A stretch of DNA of 64,000 nucleotides. It comes from a virus (Duplodnaviria; Heunggongvirae; Uroviricota; Caudoviricetes). Each line of letters starts with the position of its first letter. Positions within the stretch are counted from its first letter, which is position 1. Below are positions 11,925 to 22,158 of this stretch, in pieces. The stretch is from the IMG/VR virus record IMGVR_UViG_2541047802_000007, one strand, 5' to 3'. The notes under the pieces were generated by a model. That model searched no databases and had not been told where the DNA came from. It worked only from the letters and a program-made list of their open reading frames with translations. The position numbers were made by a program, and so were the translations under genes.

Positions 11925-13814
11925 ATGAAATCCGAGACGCTAACTGTCCAACAACTTTTTCAAGACCGCCGACAATACTGTGTTCCATTCTATCAACGTG
12001 CCTATGTATGGACTCAGCAAGACCAGTGGTCAGCTCTACTGGAGGATATCCTAGAGAAAGTACAATCCCGGCTCTCGGGTACAAAACCAACTCCCCATTT
12101 CCTTGGTGCGGTTGTACTGGAACCTCAATCAAAAAAAGGATTATTAGGTGTAGATTCCATACATATTATTGATGGTCAGCAACGATTGACCACTCTTCAA
12201 TATGTTCTGGCATCCATCCGATTAGCATTACGTGCTACGGATCTTTCCAGCTTAGAGGCTCTCATTTCGCCTTGCCTGAAAAACTCAAACGAAGACACAA
12301 TGCGAAATAAAGAAGTAGAACGCTTCAAACTGTGGCCAACTTTTCGGGATCAAACTCATTTTATTCAAAGTTTTAATGTTGAAAATATTGACGATCTCCG
12401 GGACGTATTCTCTGATAGTTTCACGCAGCATGGTACGTTGCGTAAGCATTTTAATCACCCGCCATCACTAGAAGCATTATGTTTTTTTACTGAAGCCTTT
12501 ATAAAATGGATTAAAATAGAAAACCACTCACCACAAGAAAATGCTGTAGCTCTAATTGAGGCTGTCTTAACAGATCTGAAACTGGTAAGCATATTTCTCG
12601 AAGCTGAAGATGATGCCCAAATAATTTTTGAAACATTAAATGGGCGAGGGGCGGAACTTCATGCTACGGATCTTATTCGCAACTATATCTTTATGTGCGC
12701 TGAGCATGAAAATATTAATGCTATTGAATTATATGAAAATGAGTGGAAGAGCTTTGAAGATAAATACTGGTCGGAAAAACAACGCCGTGGACGTATTAAT
12801 AAACCACGCATGGAGTGGCTAGTACATGCGACATTGCAATCAGAAAGGCAACGTGAAATTGATCTGTCTCGCCTTTACAATGAGTATCGTGATTATGTAA
12901 GTAAGGACTTGTCTTCACAACGAGCAGATCTGCAAGTAAAGCGCCTCAAACAATATGCATCACAATATAAAGAATTGGTTGATGGTTTTGGCACAACCCC
13001 CATCTCACACTTTGGATATCGCATCGCAGACTATGATGTGACGACACTTTATCCGCTTGCTTTGTTCATTTCGATAGCTAACATCGCTGATGATGAGAAA
13101 GCAGCCATGTATAATGATCTTGTCTCCTACGTAGTACGAAGAGCCGTATGTGGCCTGACGCCAAAGAATTACAACAATGTATTTATGAATGTATTGCGGC
13201 ACTTGGCTAAAACGGAAATTTCCAGTGTTGAGTTACGTAATATCCTCAATAACTTAAATGGCGAAGCCTCACGTTGGCCTGGTGACTCAGAATTTCTCAA
13301 CGCTTGCATCAATGCTCCACTTTATCCTGGCAGGCTCGACGCACCGAAAATGCGCTCAATGTTAACGGAACTTGAAAGAGAACTTTGTCGCCAAGTAAAG
13401 ACAGAAAAGCCTGATGTTCCAAATCTTTCTAATCTCGATATCGATCATCTTATGCCTCAAAGTTGGTATTCCTGTTGGCCTCTCGAAAATGGTCGTATGG
13501 TGACAAATTCAGATGCTACGGTATTGAACCAAATTGTTCTGTCTGGAACCGATCTTACCCCTGAACAGCTACTGGTAAGGAAACGGCAACAAGCGATATC
13601 TACTTTGGGAAATCTAACTTTGCTTAACCTTAGCGTAAACCGTTCTGTTCAGAATGCTGTATTTCTGAAAAAACGTGATGCTCTCATCGTCCACACCAAT
13701 CTACGACTGAACATTCCACTTATAGTTAAGGATAAATGGGATGAGGATGAAATCCTGGAGCGGGGTAAAAAGTTGGGGGAAATTGCATTGAAAGTATGGC
13801 CAAAACACGATTAA
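11925..13814 (+). CDS. GmrSD-like type IV restriction endonuclease (DUF262 + DUF1524)
   Basis: FYQRAYVW and IDGQQR motifs N-terminal; DIDHLMPQSW...GNLTLLNLSVN C-terminal; track start 11865, ATG 11925 preferred. Confidence 0.7.
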   Translation: MKSETLTVQQLFQDRRQYCVPFYQRAYVWTQQDQWSALLEDILEKVQSRLSGTKPTPHFLGAVVLEPQSKKGLLGVDSIHIIDGQQRLTTLQYVLASIRLALRATDLSSLEALISPCLKNSNEDTMRNKEVERFKLWPTFRDQTHFIQSFNVENIDDLRDVFSDSFTQHGTLRKHFNHPPSLEALCFFTEAFIKWIKIENHSPQENAVALIEAVLTDLKLVSIFLEAEDDAQIIFETLNGRGAELHATDLIRNYIFMCAEHENINAIELYENEWKSFEDKYWSEKQRRGRINKPRMEWLVHATLQSERQREIDLSRLYNEYRDYVSKDLSSQRADLQVKRLKQYASQYKELVDGFGTTPISHFGYRIADYDVTTLYPLALFISIANIADDEKAAMYNDLVSYVVRRAVCGLTPKNYNNVFMNVLRHLAKTEISSVELRNILNNLNGEASRWPGDSEFLNACINAPLYPGRLDAPKMRSMLTELERELCRQVKTEKPDVPNLSNLDIDHLMPQSWYSCWPLENGRMVTNSDATVLNQIVLSGTDLTPEQLLVRKRQQAISTLGNLTLLNLSVNRSVQNAVFLKKRDALIVHTNLRLNIPLIVKDKWDEDEILERGKKLGEIALKVWPKHD

Positions 13815-13926
13815 TGCAATTAATAAAATGATTATAGTGGCCTTACATTAGTAAGGCCGCTACTCACTATTAAATACTTTAATTTGCATCAAGAACAGCA
13901 GTGTCAGCCCTAGGTCTCGGACTTTG

Positions 13927-14049
13927 TACCGCTTATCTTGTCTTCAAAAATCAGCTCGCATCCTGCACAGTTCAGCGCATTACGTTGTAGATCTGTGTTC
14001 TGGTCATTTGTTGACACACGTACATAGCCAATAAGCATGGTAGATCTCC
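13927..14049 (-). pseudogene. Pin-like serine invertase, truncated after ~41 codons
   Basis: MLIGYVRVSTNDQNTDLQRNALNCAGCELIFEDKISGTKSE then stop; intact homolog at 56819..57436. Confidence 0.75.
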
Positions 14050-14092
14050 CTGACAAAAGCAGGAATGATGCCATTTGCTCGTTATTTCTGCA

Positions 14093-14118
14093 TTTTCATA
14101 AACGTTGGTTTGGGAGAA
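14093..14118. other. 26-bp invertase crossover site (pix/hix-like), left
   Basis: ttttcataaacgttggtttgggagaa; inverted copy at 16020..16045. Confidence 0.7.
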
Positions 14119-14559
14119 GCGGCAAAACGGAATGTGGGCAACGGGGAAAACCAAATCCCTGATATGTCTTTCTGGACGGTTACTGGTGGCAATGGAAATT
14201 TTGTGATTCGTCAACCTGACGGGCTAATCATTCAGATGGTTACTGTAAGTATAAGCGGCCCAGTGGCGATGAATGGAATGACTGATAATGCTTATGCCAT
14301 CACAGGTTCTAATAAGTCTTATATTGCCACAGCCACATTGCCCTTTGTATTTCCTAATAAGGTGCTGGGCGTTATCCCTCTGGTATCAACAACAGCTTAT
14401 GGTGGTGTATCCAGTAATATTACAGGTTCATACGCGACGGCGGTTTGTTCTTTTGCCGCTGTCAGGGGGAATAATACGATTGTGTTCAAAGTCGACAAAC
14501 CACTGAATGCAGCCTTTCCTTCAGATACCAGCGTCTCAGCGTTAATCATTGGACGGTAA
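14119..14559 (+). CDS. Tail-fibre C-terminal variable segment (Sv type), no own start
   Basis: Open frame runs through crossover site (FINVGLGE); track ORF 14065..14559 has artefactual N-terminus. Confidence 0.6.
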   Translation, partial: AAKRNVGNGENQIPDMSFWTVTGGNGNFVIRQPDGLIIQMVTVSISGPVAMNGMTDNAYAITGSNKSYIATATLPFVFPNKVLGVIPLVSTTAYGGVSSNITGSYATAVCSFAAVRGNNTIVFKVDKPLNAAFPSDTSVSALIIGR

Positions 14560-14561
14560 TA

Positions 14562-15005
14562 ATGAACTCAGTATTCTTTTCACCCGGAAGTAAAAGTTTT
14601 TATCTGCAAGAATTGTTTCCAGAATATGAGGATGCGGGAACGCTTCCTGATGATGTTATTGAAATTACCAGAGAAACATATGAGCAATTTCTTGGTCTGC
14701 ATCCAGAAGGGAAAGAAATTGGCGCTGACAGTTCAGGACGGCCAGTATGGATTAATTCCCCACCCCCTTCAAAAGAGGATGAGGTGTTGACGGCTGAAAT
14801 GAAAAAAATATCTTTGGTTTCAGAAGTCAATACCTACATCAATACCCATCAGTGGCCTGGCAAAGCTGCTATTGGTCGTCTGAAAGGCGAGGAACTGGCG
14901 CAATATAATTCGTGGCTGGATTATCTGGACGCACTGGAACTGGTCGATACTTCCTGTGCGCCAGATATTGAATGGCCTACGCCTCCGGCAGTTCAGGCCA
15001 GATGA
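14562..15005 (+). CDS. Tail fibre assembly chaperone
   Basis: 147 aa directly after Sv; C-terminal DIEWPTPP. Confidence 0.65.
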   Translation: MNSVFFSPGSKSFYLQELFPEYEDAGTLPDDVIEITRETYEQFLGLHPEGKEIGADSSGRPVWINSPPPSKEDEVLTAEMKKISLVSEVNTYINTHQWPGKAAIGRLKGEELAQYNSWLDYLDALELVDTSCAPDIEWPTPPAVQAR

Positions 15006-15579
15006 CATCCGGCGCTGTGCTGGTATTTGTTGCCGTCACCGCGTCAATGTAATCCAGCACAGCGTTAAGCCGGGTTGTTTCTGCCTGCATCAGCTTCCGT
15101 CCGGCCTGTAATTTCAGCTGAATCAGACCGATGGAAGCCATTGCAGCATCAATCAGTGACTGACGCTGTGCTTCTGCCGCGTCTACTGCGGCGCTATGCT
15201 GTGCCTCAGTATCGGTCACCCATTTCTCACCATCCCATTTATCGTATGGCGTTAATGGGGCAATAGTGGTTGTATTTTCGGGGTAATCACCCGGTGCTGT
15301 GATTTGTTTTGATTCTCCCGTTTCGGTGTTATAGACGATTTCACCGCGATGGTCTGGCACATATTCCCATGAATTTAAATTCACAGAACGACAGATAGCA
15401 TAACCCGCCTTATGTATACCTGGTGCATCCAGACAGGAATATGCCGGGATACCAACACCAACGGCAAGATATTCACTTGAAGTGGAAATATATTCCCGAG
15501 TTTCACCATCATAGTTATAAACGGTAATATCCCCTGCCTTTGTAGCAACAAGTCCACTATTTAATATTGCTTTATCCAT
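14977..15579 (-). CDS. Tail fibre assembly chaperone (TfaE-like), near-identical to prophage gpG at 47600..48202
   Basis: 200 aa MDKAILNSGLVATKAGDITVYNYDGETREY...; TAATG overlap with Sv' stop. Confidence 0.75.
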   Translation of the reverse strand: MDKAILNSGLVATKAGDITVYNYDGETREYISTSSEYLAVGVGIPAYSCLDAPGIHKAGYAICRSVNLNSWEYVPDHRGEIVYNTETGESKQITAPGDYPENTTTIAPLTPYDKWDGEKWVTDTEAQHSAAVDAAEAQRQSLIDAAMASIGLIQLKLQAGRKLMQAETTRLNAVLDYIDAVTATNTSTAPDVIWPELPEA

Positions 15580-16019
15580 TATGCTGCTCTCACGATATAG
15601 TTAAATGCAATGTTGCGTGGACGGGTATCGACGGGGTTAACGGCCACTGTACCCGACACGGACTGGTCATTACCGTTGCTAACGGTAATGTTACTACTGG
15701 TTGATCCAATCCCTACTGAATCGGTAAATTTAGCACCTGAGCCGCTCAAAGTTCCCGAGATGATAGCTAGCTCCACATAAAAAGTACCTACAGTTGGCTC
15801 TTGTGTTGACAGCACCGCACGCCTTGAATCAACGCCGCGCCCATCATCCCAGCCACGAATAAACTCACCACGTAAATCAGGCAATTTATTTGTCGGATAA
15901 GCCTTTGCCAGTTCCGGGTATTCTTCAGCAGAAAAAGCCGCACCGTTGCATTTCAGCCAGCCTGTTGGCGGTGTGGCTGAAGGCCATGGAACAGGCACAC
16001 CAACAGGTAATGCAGAGCC
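15579..16019 (-). CDS. Tail-fibre C-terminal variable segment (Sv' type), no own start
   Basis: GEGSALPVGVPVPWPSATPPTGWLKCNGAAF... shares N-part and last 13 aa with gpH C-terminus. Confidence 0.65.
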   Translation of the reverse strand, partial: GSALPVGVPVPWPSATPPTGWLKCNGAAFSAEEYPELAKAYPTNKLPDLRGEFIRGWDDGRGVDSRRAVLSTQEPTVGTFYVELAIISGTLSGSGAKFTDSVGIGSTSSNITVSNGNDQSVSGTVAVNPVDTRPRNIAFNYIVRAA

Positions 16020-16045
16020 TTCTCCCAAACCAACGTTTATGAAAA
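16020..16045. other. 26-bp invertase crossover site, right
   Basis: ttctcccaaaccaacgtttatgaaaa. Confidence 0.7.
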
Positions 16046-16088
16046 TGCAGAAATAACGAGCAAATGGCATCATTCCTGCTTTTGTCAG

Positions 16089-16211
16089 GGAGATCTACCA
16101 TGCTTATTGGCTATGTACGTGTGTCAACAAATGACCAGAACACAGATCTACAACGTAATGCGCTGAACTGTGCAGGATGCGAGCTGATTTTTGAAGACAA
16201 GATAAGCGGTA
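16089..16211 (+). pseudogene. Pin-like serine invertase, truncated after ~41 codons
   Basis: Same N-terminus as Gin at 56819..57436, then abrupt divergence and stop. Confidence 0.75.
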
Positions 16212-16323
16212 CAAAGTCCGAGACCTAGGGCTGACACTGCTGTTCTTGATGCAAATTAAAGTATTTAATAGTGAGTAGCGGCCTTACTAATGTAAGGCCA
16301 CTATAATCATTTTATTAATTGCA

Positions 16324-18213
16324 TTAATCGTGTTTTGGCCATACTTTCAATGCAATTTCCCCCAACTTTTTACCCCGCTCCAGGATTTCATCCTCATCCC
16401 ATTTATCCTTAACTATAAGTGGAATGTTCAGTCGTAGATTGGTGTGGACGATGAGAGCATCACGTTTTTTCAGAAATACAGCATTCTGAACAGAACGGTT
16501 TACGCTAAGGTTAAGCAAAGTTAGATTTCCCAAAGTAGATATCGCTTGTTGCCGTTTCCTTACCAGTAGCTGTTCAGGGGTAAGATCGGTTCCAGACAGA
16601 ACAATTTGGTTCAATACCGTAGCATCTGAATTTGTCACCATACGACCATTTTCGAGAGGCCAACAGGAATACCAACTTTGAGGCATAAGATGATCGATAT
16701 CGAGATTAGAAAGATTTGGAACATCAGGCTTTTCTGTCTTTACTTGGCGACAAAGTTCTCTTTCAAGTTCCGTTAACATTGAGCGCATTTTCGGTGCGTC
16801 GAGCCTGCCAGGATAAAGTGGAGCATTGATGCAAGCGTTGAGAAATTCTGAGTCACCAGGCCAACGTGAGGCTTCGCCATTTAAGTTATTGAGGATATTA
16901 CGTAACTCAACACTGGAAATTTCCGTTTTAGCCAAGTGCCGCAATACATTCATAAATACATTGTTGTAATTCTTTGGCGTCAGGCCACATACGGCTCTTC
17001 GTACTACGTAGGAGACAAGATCATTATACATGGCTGCTTTCTCATCATCAGCGATGTTAGCTATCGAAATGAACAAAGCAAGCGGATAAAGTGTCGTCAC
17101 ATCATAGTCTGCGATGCGATATCCAAAGTGTGAGATGGGGGTTGTGCCAAAACCATCAACCAATTCTTTATATTGTGATGCATATTGTTTGAGGCGCTTT
17201 ACTTGCAGATCTGCTCGTTGTGAAGACAAGTCCTTACTTACATAATCACGATACTCATTGTAAAGGCGAGACAGATCAATTTCACGTTGCCTTTCTGATT
17301 GCAATGTCGCATGTACTAGCCACTCCATGCGTGGTTTATTAATACGTCCACGGCGTTGTTTTTCCGACCAGTATTTATCTTCAAAGCTCTTCCACTCATT
17401 TTCATATAATTCAATAGCATTAATATTTTCATGCTCAGCGCACATAAAGATATAGTTGCGAATAAGATCCGTAGCATGAAGTTCCGCCCCTCGCCCATTT
17501 AATGTTTCAAAAATTATTTGGGCATCATCTTCAGCTTCGAGAAATATGCTTACCAGTTTCAGATCTGTTAAGACAGCCTCAATTAGAGCTACAGCATTTT
17601 CTTGTGGTGAGTGGTTTTCTATTTTAATCCATTTTATAAAGGCTTCAGTAAAAAAACATAATGCTTCTAGTGATGGCGGGTGATTAAAATGCTTACGCAA
17701 CGTACCATGCTGCGTGAAACTATCAGAGAATACGTCCCGGAGATCGTCAATATTTTCAACATTAAAACTTTGAATAAAATGAGTTTGATCCCGAAAAGTT
17801 GGCCACAGTTTGAAGCGTTCTACTTCTTTATTTCGCATTGTGTCTTCGTTTGAGTTTTTCAGGCAAGGCGAAATGAGAGCCTCTAAGCTGGAAAGATCCG
17901 TAGCACGTAATGCTAATCGGATGGATGCCAGAACATATTGAAGAGTGGTCAATCGTTGCTGACCATCAATAATATGTATGGAATCTACACCTAATAATCC
18001 TTTTTTTGATTGAGGTTCCAGTACAACCGCACCAAGGAAATGGGGAGTTGGTTTTGTACCCGAGAGCCGGGATTGTACTTTCTCTAGGATATCCTCCAGT
18101 AGAGCTGACCACTGGTCTTGCTGAGTCCATACATAGGCACGTTGATAGAATGGAACACAGTATTGTCGGCGGTCTTGAAAAAGTTGTTGGACAGTTAGCG
18201 TCTCGGATTTCAT
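16324..18213 (-). CDS. GmrSD-like type IV restriction endonuclease (DUF262 + DUF1524)
   Basis: Mirror of 11925..13814. Confidence 0.7.
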   Translation of the reverse strand: MKSETLTVQQLFQDRRQYCVPFYQRAYVWTQQDQWSALLEDILEKVQSRLSGTKPTPHFLGAVVLEPQSKKGLLGVDSIHIIDGQQRLTTLQYVLASIRLALRATDLSSLEALISPCLKNSNEDTMRNKEVERFKLWPTFRDQTHFIQSFNVENIDDLRDVFSDSFTQHGTLRKHFNHPPSLEALCFFTEAFIKWIKIENHSPQENAVALIEAVLTDLKLVSIFLEAEDDAQIIFETLNGRGAELHATDLIRNYIFMCAEHENINAIELYENEWKSFEDKYWSEKQRRGRINKPRMEWLVHATLQSERQREIDLSRLYNEYRDYVSKDLSSQRADLQVKRLKQYASQYKELVDGFGTTPISHFGYRIADYDVTTLYPLALFISIANIADDEKAAMYNDLVSYVVRRAVCGLTPKNYNNVFMNVLRHLAKTEISSVELRNILNNLNGEASRWPGDSEFLNACINAPLYPGRLDAPKMRSMLTELERELCRQVKTEKPDVPNLSNLDIDHLMPQSWYSCWPLENGRMVTNSDATVLNQIVLSGTDLTPEQLLVRKRQQAISTLGNLTLLNLSVNRSVQNAVFLKKRDALIVHTNLRLNIPLIVKDKWDEDEILERGKKLGEIALKVWPKHD

Positions 18214-18637
18214 GGTATACCTGTAAGCGACATTGTACAAAAGTGAGGAGTTAATCTGATTTAGAACAATCATTTTATTTTGCTATGATACAACGTATTT
18301 GTTACCGATTAAGTAAAAAACGCGTCTGAACGCTGACGTTTTAGGGCTTTACTGGTTATTCTTTCTTATCTCTTCATCATCCCATCGGCATCCTGTCGAG
18401 GTTGTTGACTTGTTGTTATTTATTTTGTCTAGGCGCTGTTTAATTATTATTGATAGAATTGATGGTGAGAGGTGATTGAAACCGTAGGCACGTCGTTTGC
18501 AAGGACGTGCTACGACTGGCTGGTGAACTTCCGATAGTGCGAGTATTGAATGATTTCCTACGTGCTAACTAGTGAACAAACAACTCTTCAGTAGACTCTC
18601 AGGTATCATTCAGAGTTTCCTGAACGAAAGTTTTAGC

Positions 18638-18816
18638 TCAATCTTTATCTGCAGTATGTCTAACTGAAAAACTATCGTTGCTGGTGGCTTTTACGATCAT
18701 CTCCACATCGTCATAACGCTTGCCAATGTGTTGGGTTAATTCTTCCTTTAACGCGTCCACAGCGCCGTTTGGCATTTGGTCATTTTGTCTTTGGCTATGG
18801 AGATCTCAATACGCAT
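18638..18816 (-). pseudogene. dinI-like gene disrupted by frameshift
   Basis: Mirror of 11322..11500. Confidence 0.4.
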
Positions 18817-18829
18817 AACACTTCTTTTG

Positions 18830-18849
18830 TACTGCGTTTGTAGACAGTA
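18830..18849. promoter_or_regulatory. LexA-box-like sequence
   Basis: Mirror of 11289..11308. Confidence 0.35.
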
Positions 18850-19016
18850 TTATTCTTATCTGTGTAAATAAACAGTATCAAGACTTCGTTTTAGCTGCAT
18901 AAGAAAAAAGAGATGGATACATTCGGAAAGATTTTGATGGTGGTAGGCTAAGTGAATAGCCTAAAGGTGTTTTACCCCAATTATTCCCCGGTATTTCTCC
19001 GCATAAAAAACAATCA

Positions 19017-19045
19017 TAAAAAAACCAGCCATAATAGGCTGGTTC
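19017..19045 (-). terminator. Rho-independent terminator
   Basis: Mirror of 11093..11121. Confidence 0.5.
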
Positions 19046-19057
19046 TTAAGGGATTTT

Positions 19058-19103
19058 TGGTCGGCACGAGAGGATTTGAACCTCCGCCCCCCGACACCCC
19101 ATG
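19058..19103 (-). other. tRNA-Pro 3' fragment (att remnant)
   Basis: Mirror of 11035..11080. Confidence 0.65.
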
Positions 19104-19213
19104 ATGGCGAGCTACGATCTTAAGGGCTGTTATGTGCCAGAAACAGAGATTTTTATATTCCTCACTCTGGAAATCATAATGCTAACTAGTAGGGATTATA
19201 AGTTGTCAATTGA

Positions 19214-20038
<825 letters not shown>

Positions 20039-20248
20039 TTTCGGAATGGAACTGGATTTCATATTGTGGTCAATTTTCGCACATGATGAGAGAGAGCCCG
20101 CGATAGTTGGCTCTTTTGTGCAAAGTCTGACCAATATTTATTCCCCTCACTGGACGTTACACTCAGACTATCCACTGCTGACATGCCAGTGATTTAAAAG
20201 GAATGCTGCTGATTTAAATAGCGAAAACTTCACTAAAGAGGATGTAAA

Positions 20249-20542
20249 ATGACACTACCCAAGTTCAGGAATGACCTACAAGTTGAAGCTAATTACTCTA
20301 TCAATCAAGCCCGTGAAATGGTTGGGAAAACGGTGAAATCTGTCCAGATTGGTTTTCAGAAAACTGGAGTACAGGTTCATCAGACTGAAATGCTAATCAT
20401 CACGTTTACAGATGACACTCAACTTGCCATCTCAACAGGTTCAAACGTTGTAAACATAACGTCGTTAATTGGGCGTGGTGGCAGTTGCGAGCTTAAGCCT
20501 GCGGATTTTCACGTAGATTTTGATTTGACCTGGCAAAGATGA
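20249..20542 (+). CDS. Hypothetical small protein
   Basis: ORF track 97 aa. Confidence 0.35.
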   Translation: MTLPKFRNDLQVEANYSINQAREMVGKTVKSVQIGFQKTGVQVHQTEMLIITFTDDTQLAISTGSNVVNITSLIGRGGSCELKPADFHVDFDLTWQR

Positions 20543-20629
20543 CAAATCCGGCCGTGCCAGCGGCCTTTTTCATGCTCGTCCTGCTGGCACGGCCGCAAAC
20601 CTAATCCTGTAAGGTGACACTTAAGCGTG

Positions 20630-21418
20630 TCAGAACTGCGCAATAACAACCTTCACTTTTCCTTCCGCGTCTTTAGATTCCAGATCGGTTTTCACGCCCA
20701 AAGGATTATTTATGTAGCAATCCGGGTCATATACAAACAAGATCAACGTATCGCAGTCTTGGTGAGCGCGGTAGCGCGCCATATCAATAAGCAACTCTCC
20801 ACCAACTTTACCCGCTCCCAGAGATTCACGGGTTTTCTTCACCTCTATCACAATTTTCTCTTTTTTCAAAAGAAAGTCCTGTCTTGAGGCCGCGCCCGCA
20901 AAGCTGGGGGTATACTCTTCCGCCCTAATATCATTAAAATGAAGCGTCAGCAGTGCATAAATCAAATCCTGTACGTCATACTCATCATTAACTTCAAGCG
21001 GCGCACGGCCGTTGTACCGCCTCTTTAACTGGCGAACAAAGGTCGGAAACCTGTTAAGAATATTAAGTACGAGGCTCAGCGGCGAACCTTCTTGAGGAGT
21101 ATTAGTACTGACAGCAGAGTGCGCAAGATCATCTCTCGCCGCATCAAACAACGGTTTATAACTTTTGATCAGTGTATTGTAATTAGAAGACCACCTGCTG
21201 TTTACAGTATTGAAGTCATTGTAATAATCAGACTCTTTTCCGTAGCTGTCCTCTATTAACTTTTTCACTCTGGCGATCCAGTTTTTATATTTACCAGAAT
21301 CAACATAGGTTTCCATAGTGTGAGTGAGAACGTTCTGCGCAGTATATTTTGTGGAAATGAGCGCATCGTAATCTTTCTCAAGCGCCCTAAATCTTTCTTC
21401 CAGTTGTAGATTTGTCAT
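20630..21418 (-). CDS. Hypothetical protein with PD-(D/E)xK-like motif
   Basis: Mirror of 8720..9508. Confidence 0.45.
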   Translation of the reverse strand: MTNLQLEERFRALEKDYDALISTKYTAQNVLTHTMETYVDSGKYKNWIARVKKLIEDSYGKESDYYNDFNTVNSRWSSNYNTLIKSYKPLFDAARDDLAHSAVSTNTPQEGSPLSLVLNILNRFPTFVRQLKRRYNGRAPLEVNDEYDVQDLIYALLTLHFNDIRAEEYTPSFAGAASRQDFLLKKEKIVIEVKKTRESLGAGKVGGELLIDMARYRAHQDCDTLILFVYDPDCYINNPLGVKTDLESKDAEGKVKVVIAQF

Positions 21419-21612
21419 AGTGCCTTCCAGGCTGTATAGTCGGATAACAAGGTCTGTGCGTATGGAAATTCTACCATACTTAGCCTTCTTTTCTTCACAC
21501 TGGGCGTAACAGCCATTCTGTCCAGCCCCCCTAGCGTGATCTTACCTGCTGCGGCATTCGGTTGTCTTAGCTCCGGAATAATATTCGGAGATGCATAACT
21601 GTCCAGTGCCAT
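21415..21612 (-). CDS. Hypothetical small protein
   Basis: Mirror of 8526..8723. Confidence 0.3.
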   Translation of the reverse strand: MALDSYASPNIIPELRQPNAAAGKITLGGLDRMAVTPSVKKRRLSMVEFPYAQTLLSDYTAWKAL

Positions 21613-21844
21613 ACGCGCCCCAATCCTATATATCTACTTCATAGCTTTTCAGTAAGGAATGAATATATTAATTTCTGTGATGATTAGTATCGGAGGGTAC
21701 GAATGACTATATATCGCTCATAGCAAACGCTCACATCTGTTATGGTTAGAAAGCAGGAAGAGGGGGACAGGCTACGGTATAAGAAAAGTGGGTTGTTGTT
21801 TATGGCCGCATTGAGAGTGTCGAATCAGGCTAAAGAGAAGAAGC

Positions 21845-21870
21845 AAAAAAGCCCGCATCAGCGGGCTTTC
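21845..21870 (-). terminator. Rho-independent terminator beyond att
   Basis: Mirror of 8268..8293. Confidence 0.5.
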
Positions 21871-21997
21871 ATTTCACTTCGGAGCCGCGGCTCCTTTGCG
21901 TATCCTTTTATGTCTCCTCACCGTCTGGTCGGTGTCCTGCTGAGACTTCTAACTTCCTGTTTTTGTTGGTGTTGTCCTTACACCGTCCAATCATGAT

Positions 21998-22042
21998 TGG
22001 TGGAGCTGGCGGGAGTTGAACCCGCGTCCGAAATTCCTACAT
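21998..22042 (-). other. ssrA: ssrA 3'-end fragment = prophage att core
   Basis: Revcomp matches tmRNA 3' end ending CCA; 3' end points away from prophage. Confidence 0.8.
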
Positions 22043-22158
22043 ACCATTATAACATGTTGCAAAACAACTATTTATGTTAATTTTCAATCACTTAAGTTTA
22101 CGATGTATTACCTTGTTTTATGTGTTTTTAACTCTTTGCCGCCATTATGCCGCCACTC

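Larger units (their letters stand above)
14093..16045. mobile_element. Invertible tail-fibre segment (e14 P-region / Mu G-segment type), orphan
   Basis: Two inverted 26-bp sites flank Sv-tfa-tfa'-Sv'; no tail-fibre constant region on either side. Confidence 0.75.

Noticed and set aside
14065-16073. Two 164-aa ORFs sharing the N-terminus MMPFARYFCIFINVGLGE as complete tail-fibre genes
   Set aside because: The shared N-terminus is just read-through from the invertase-side flank across the identical crossover sites; the real coding units are variable segments without their own start.
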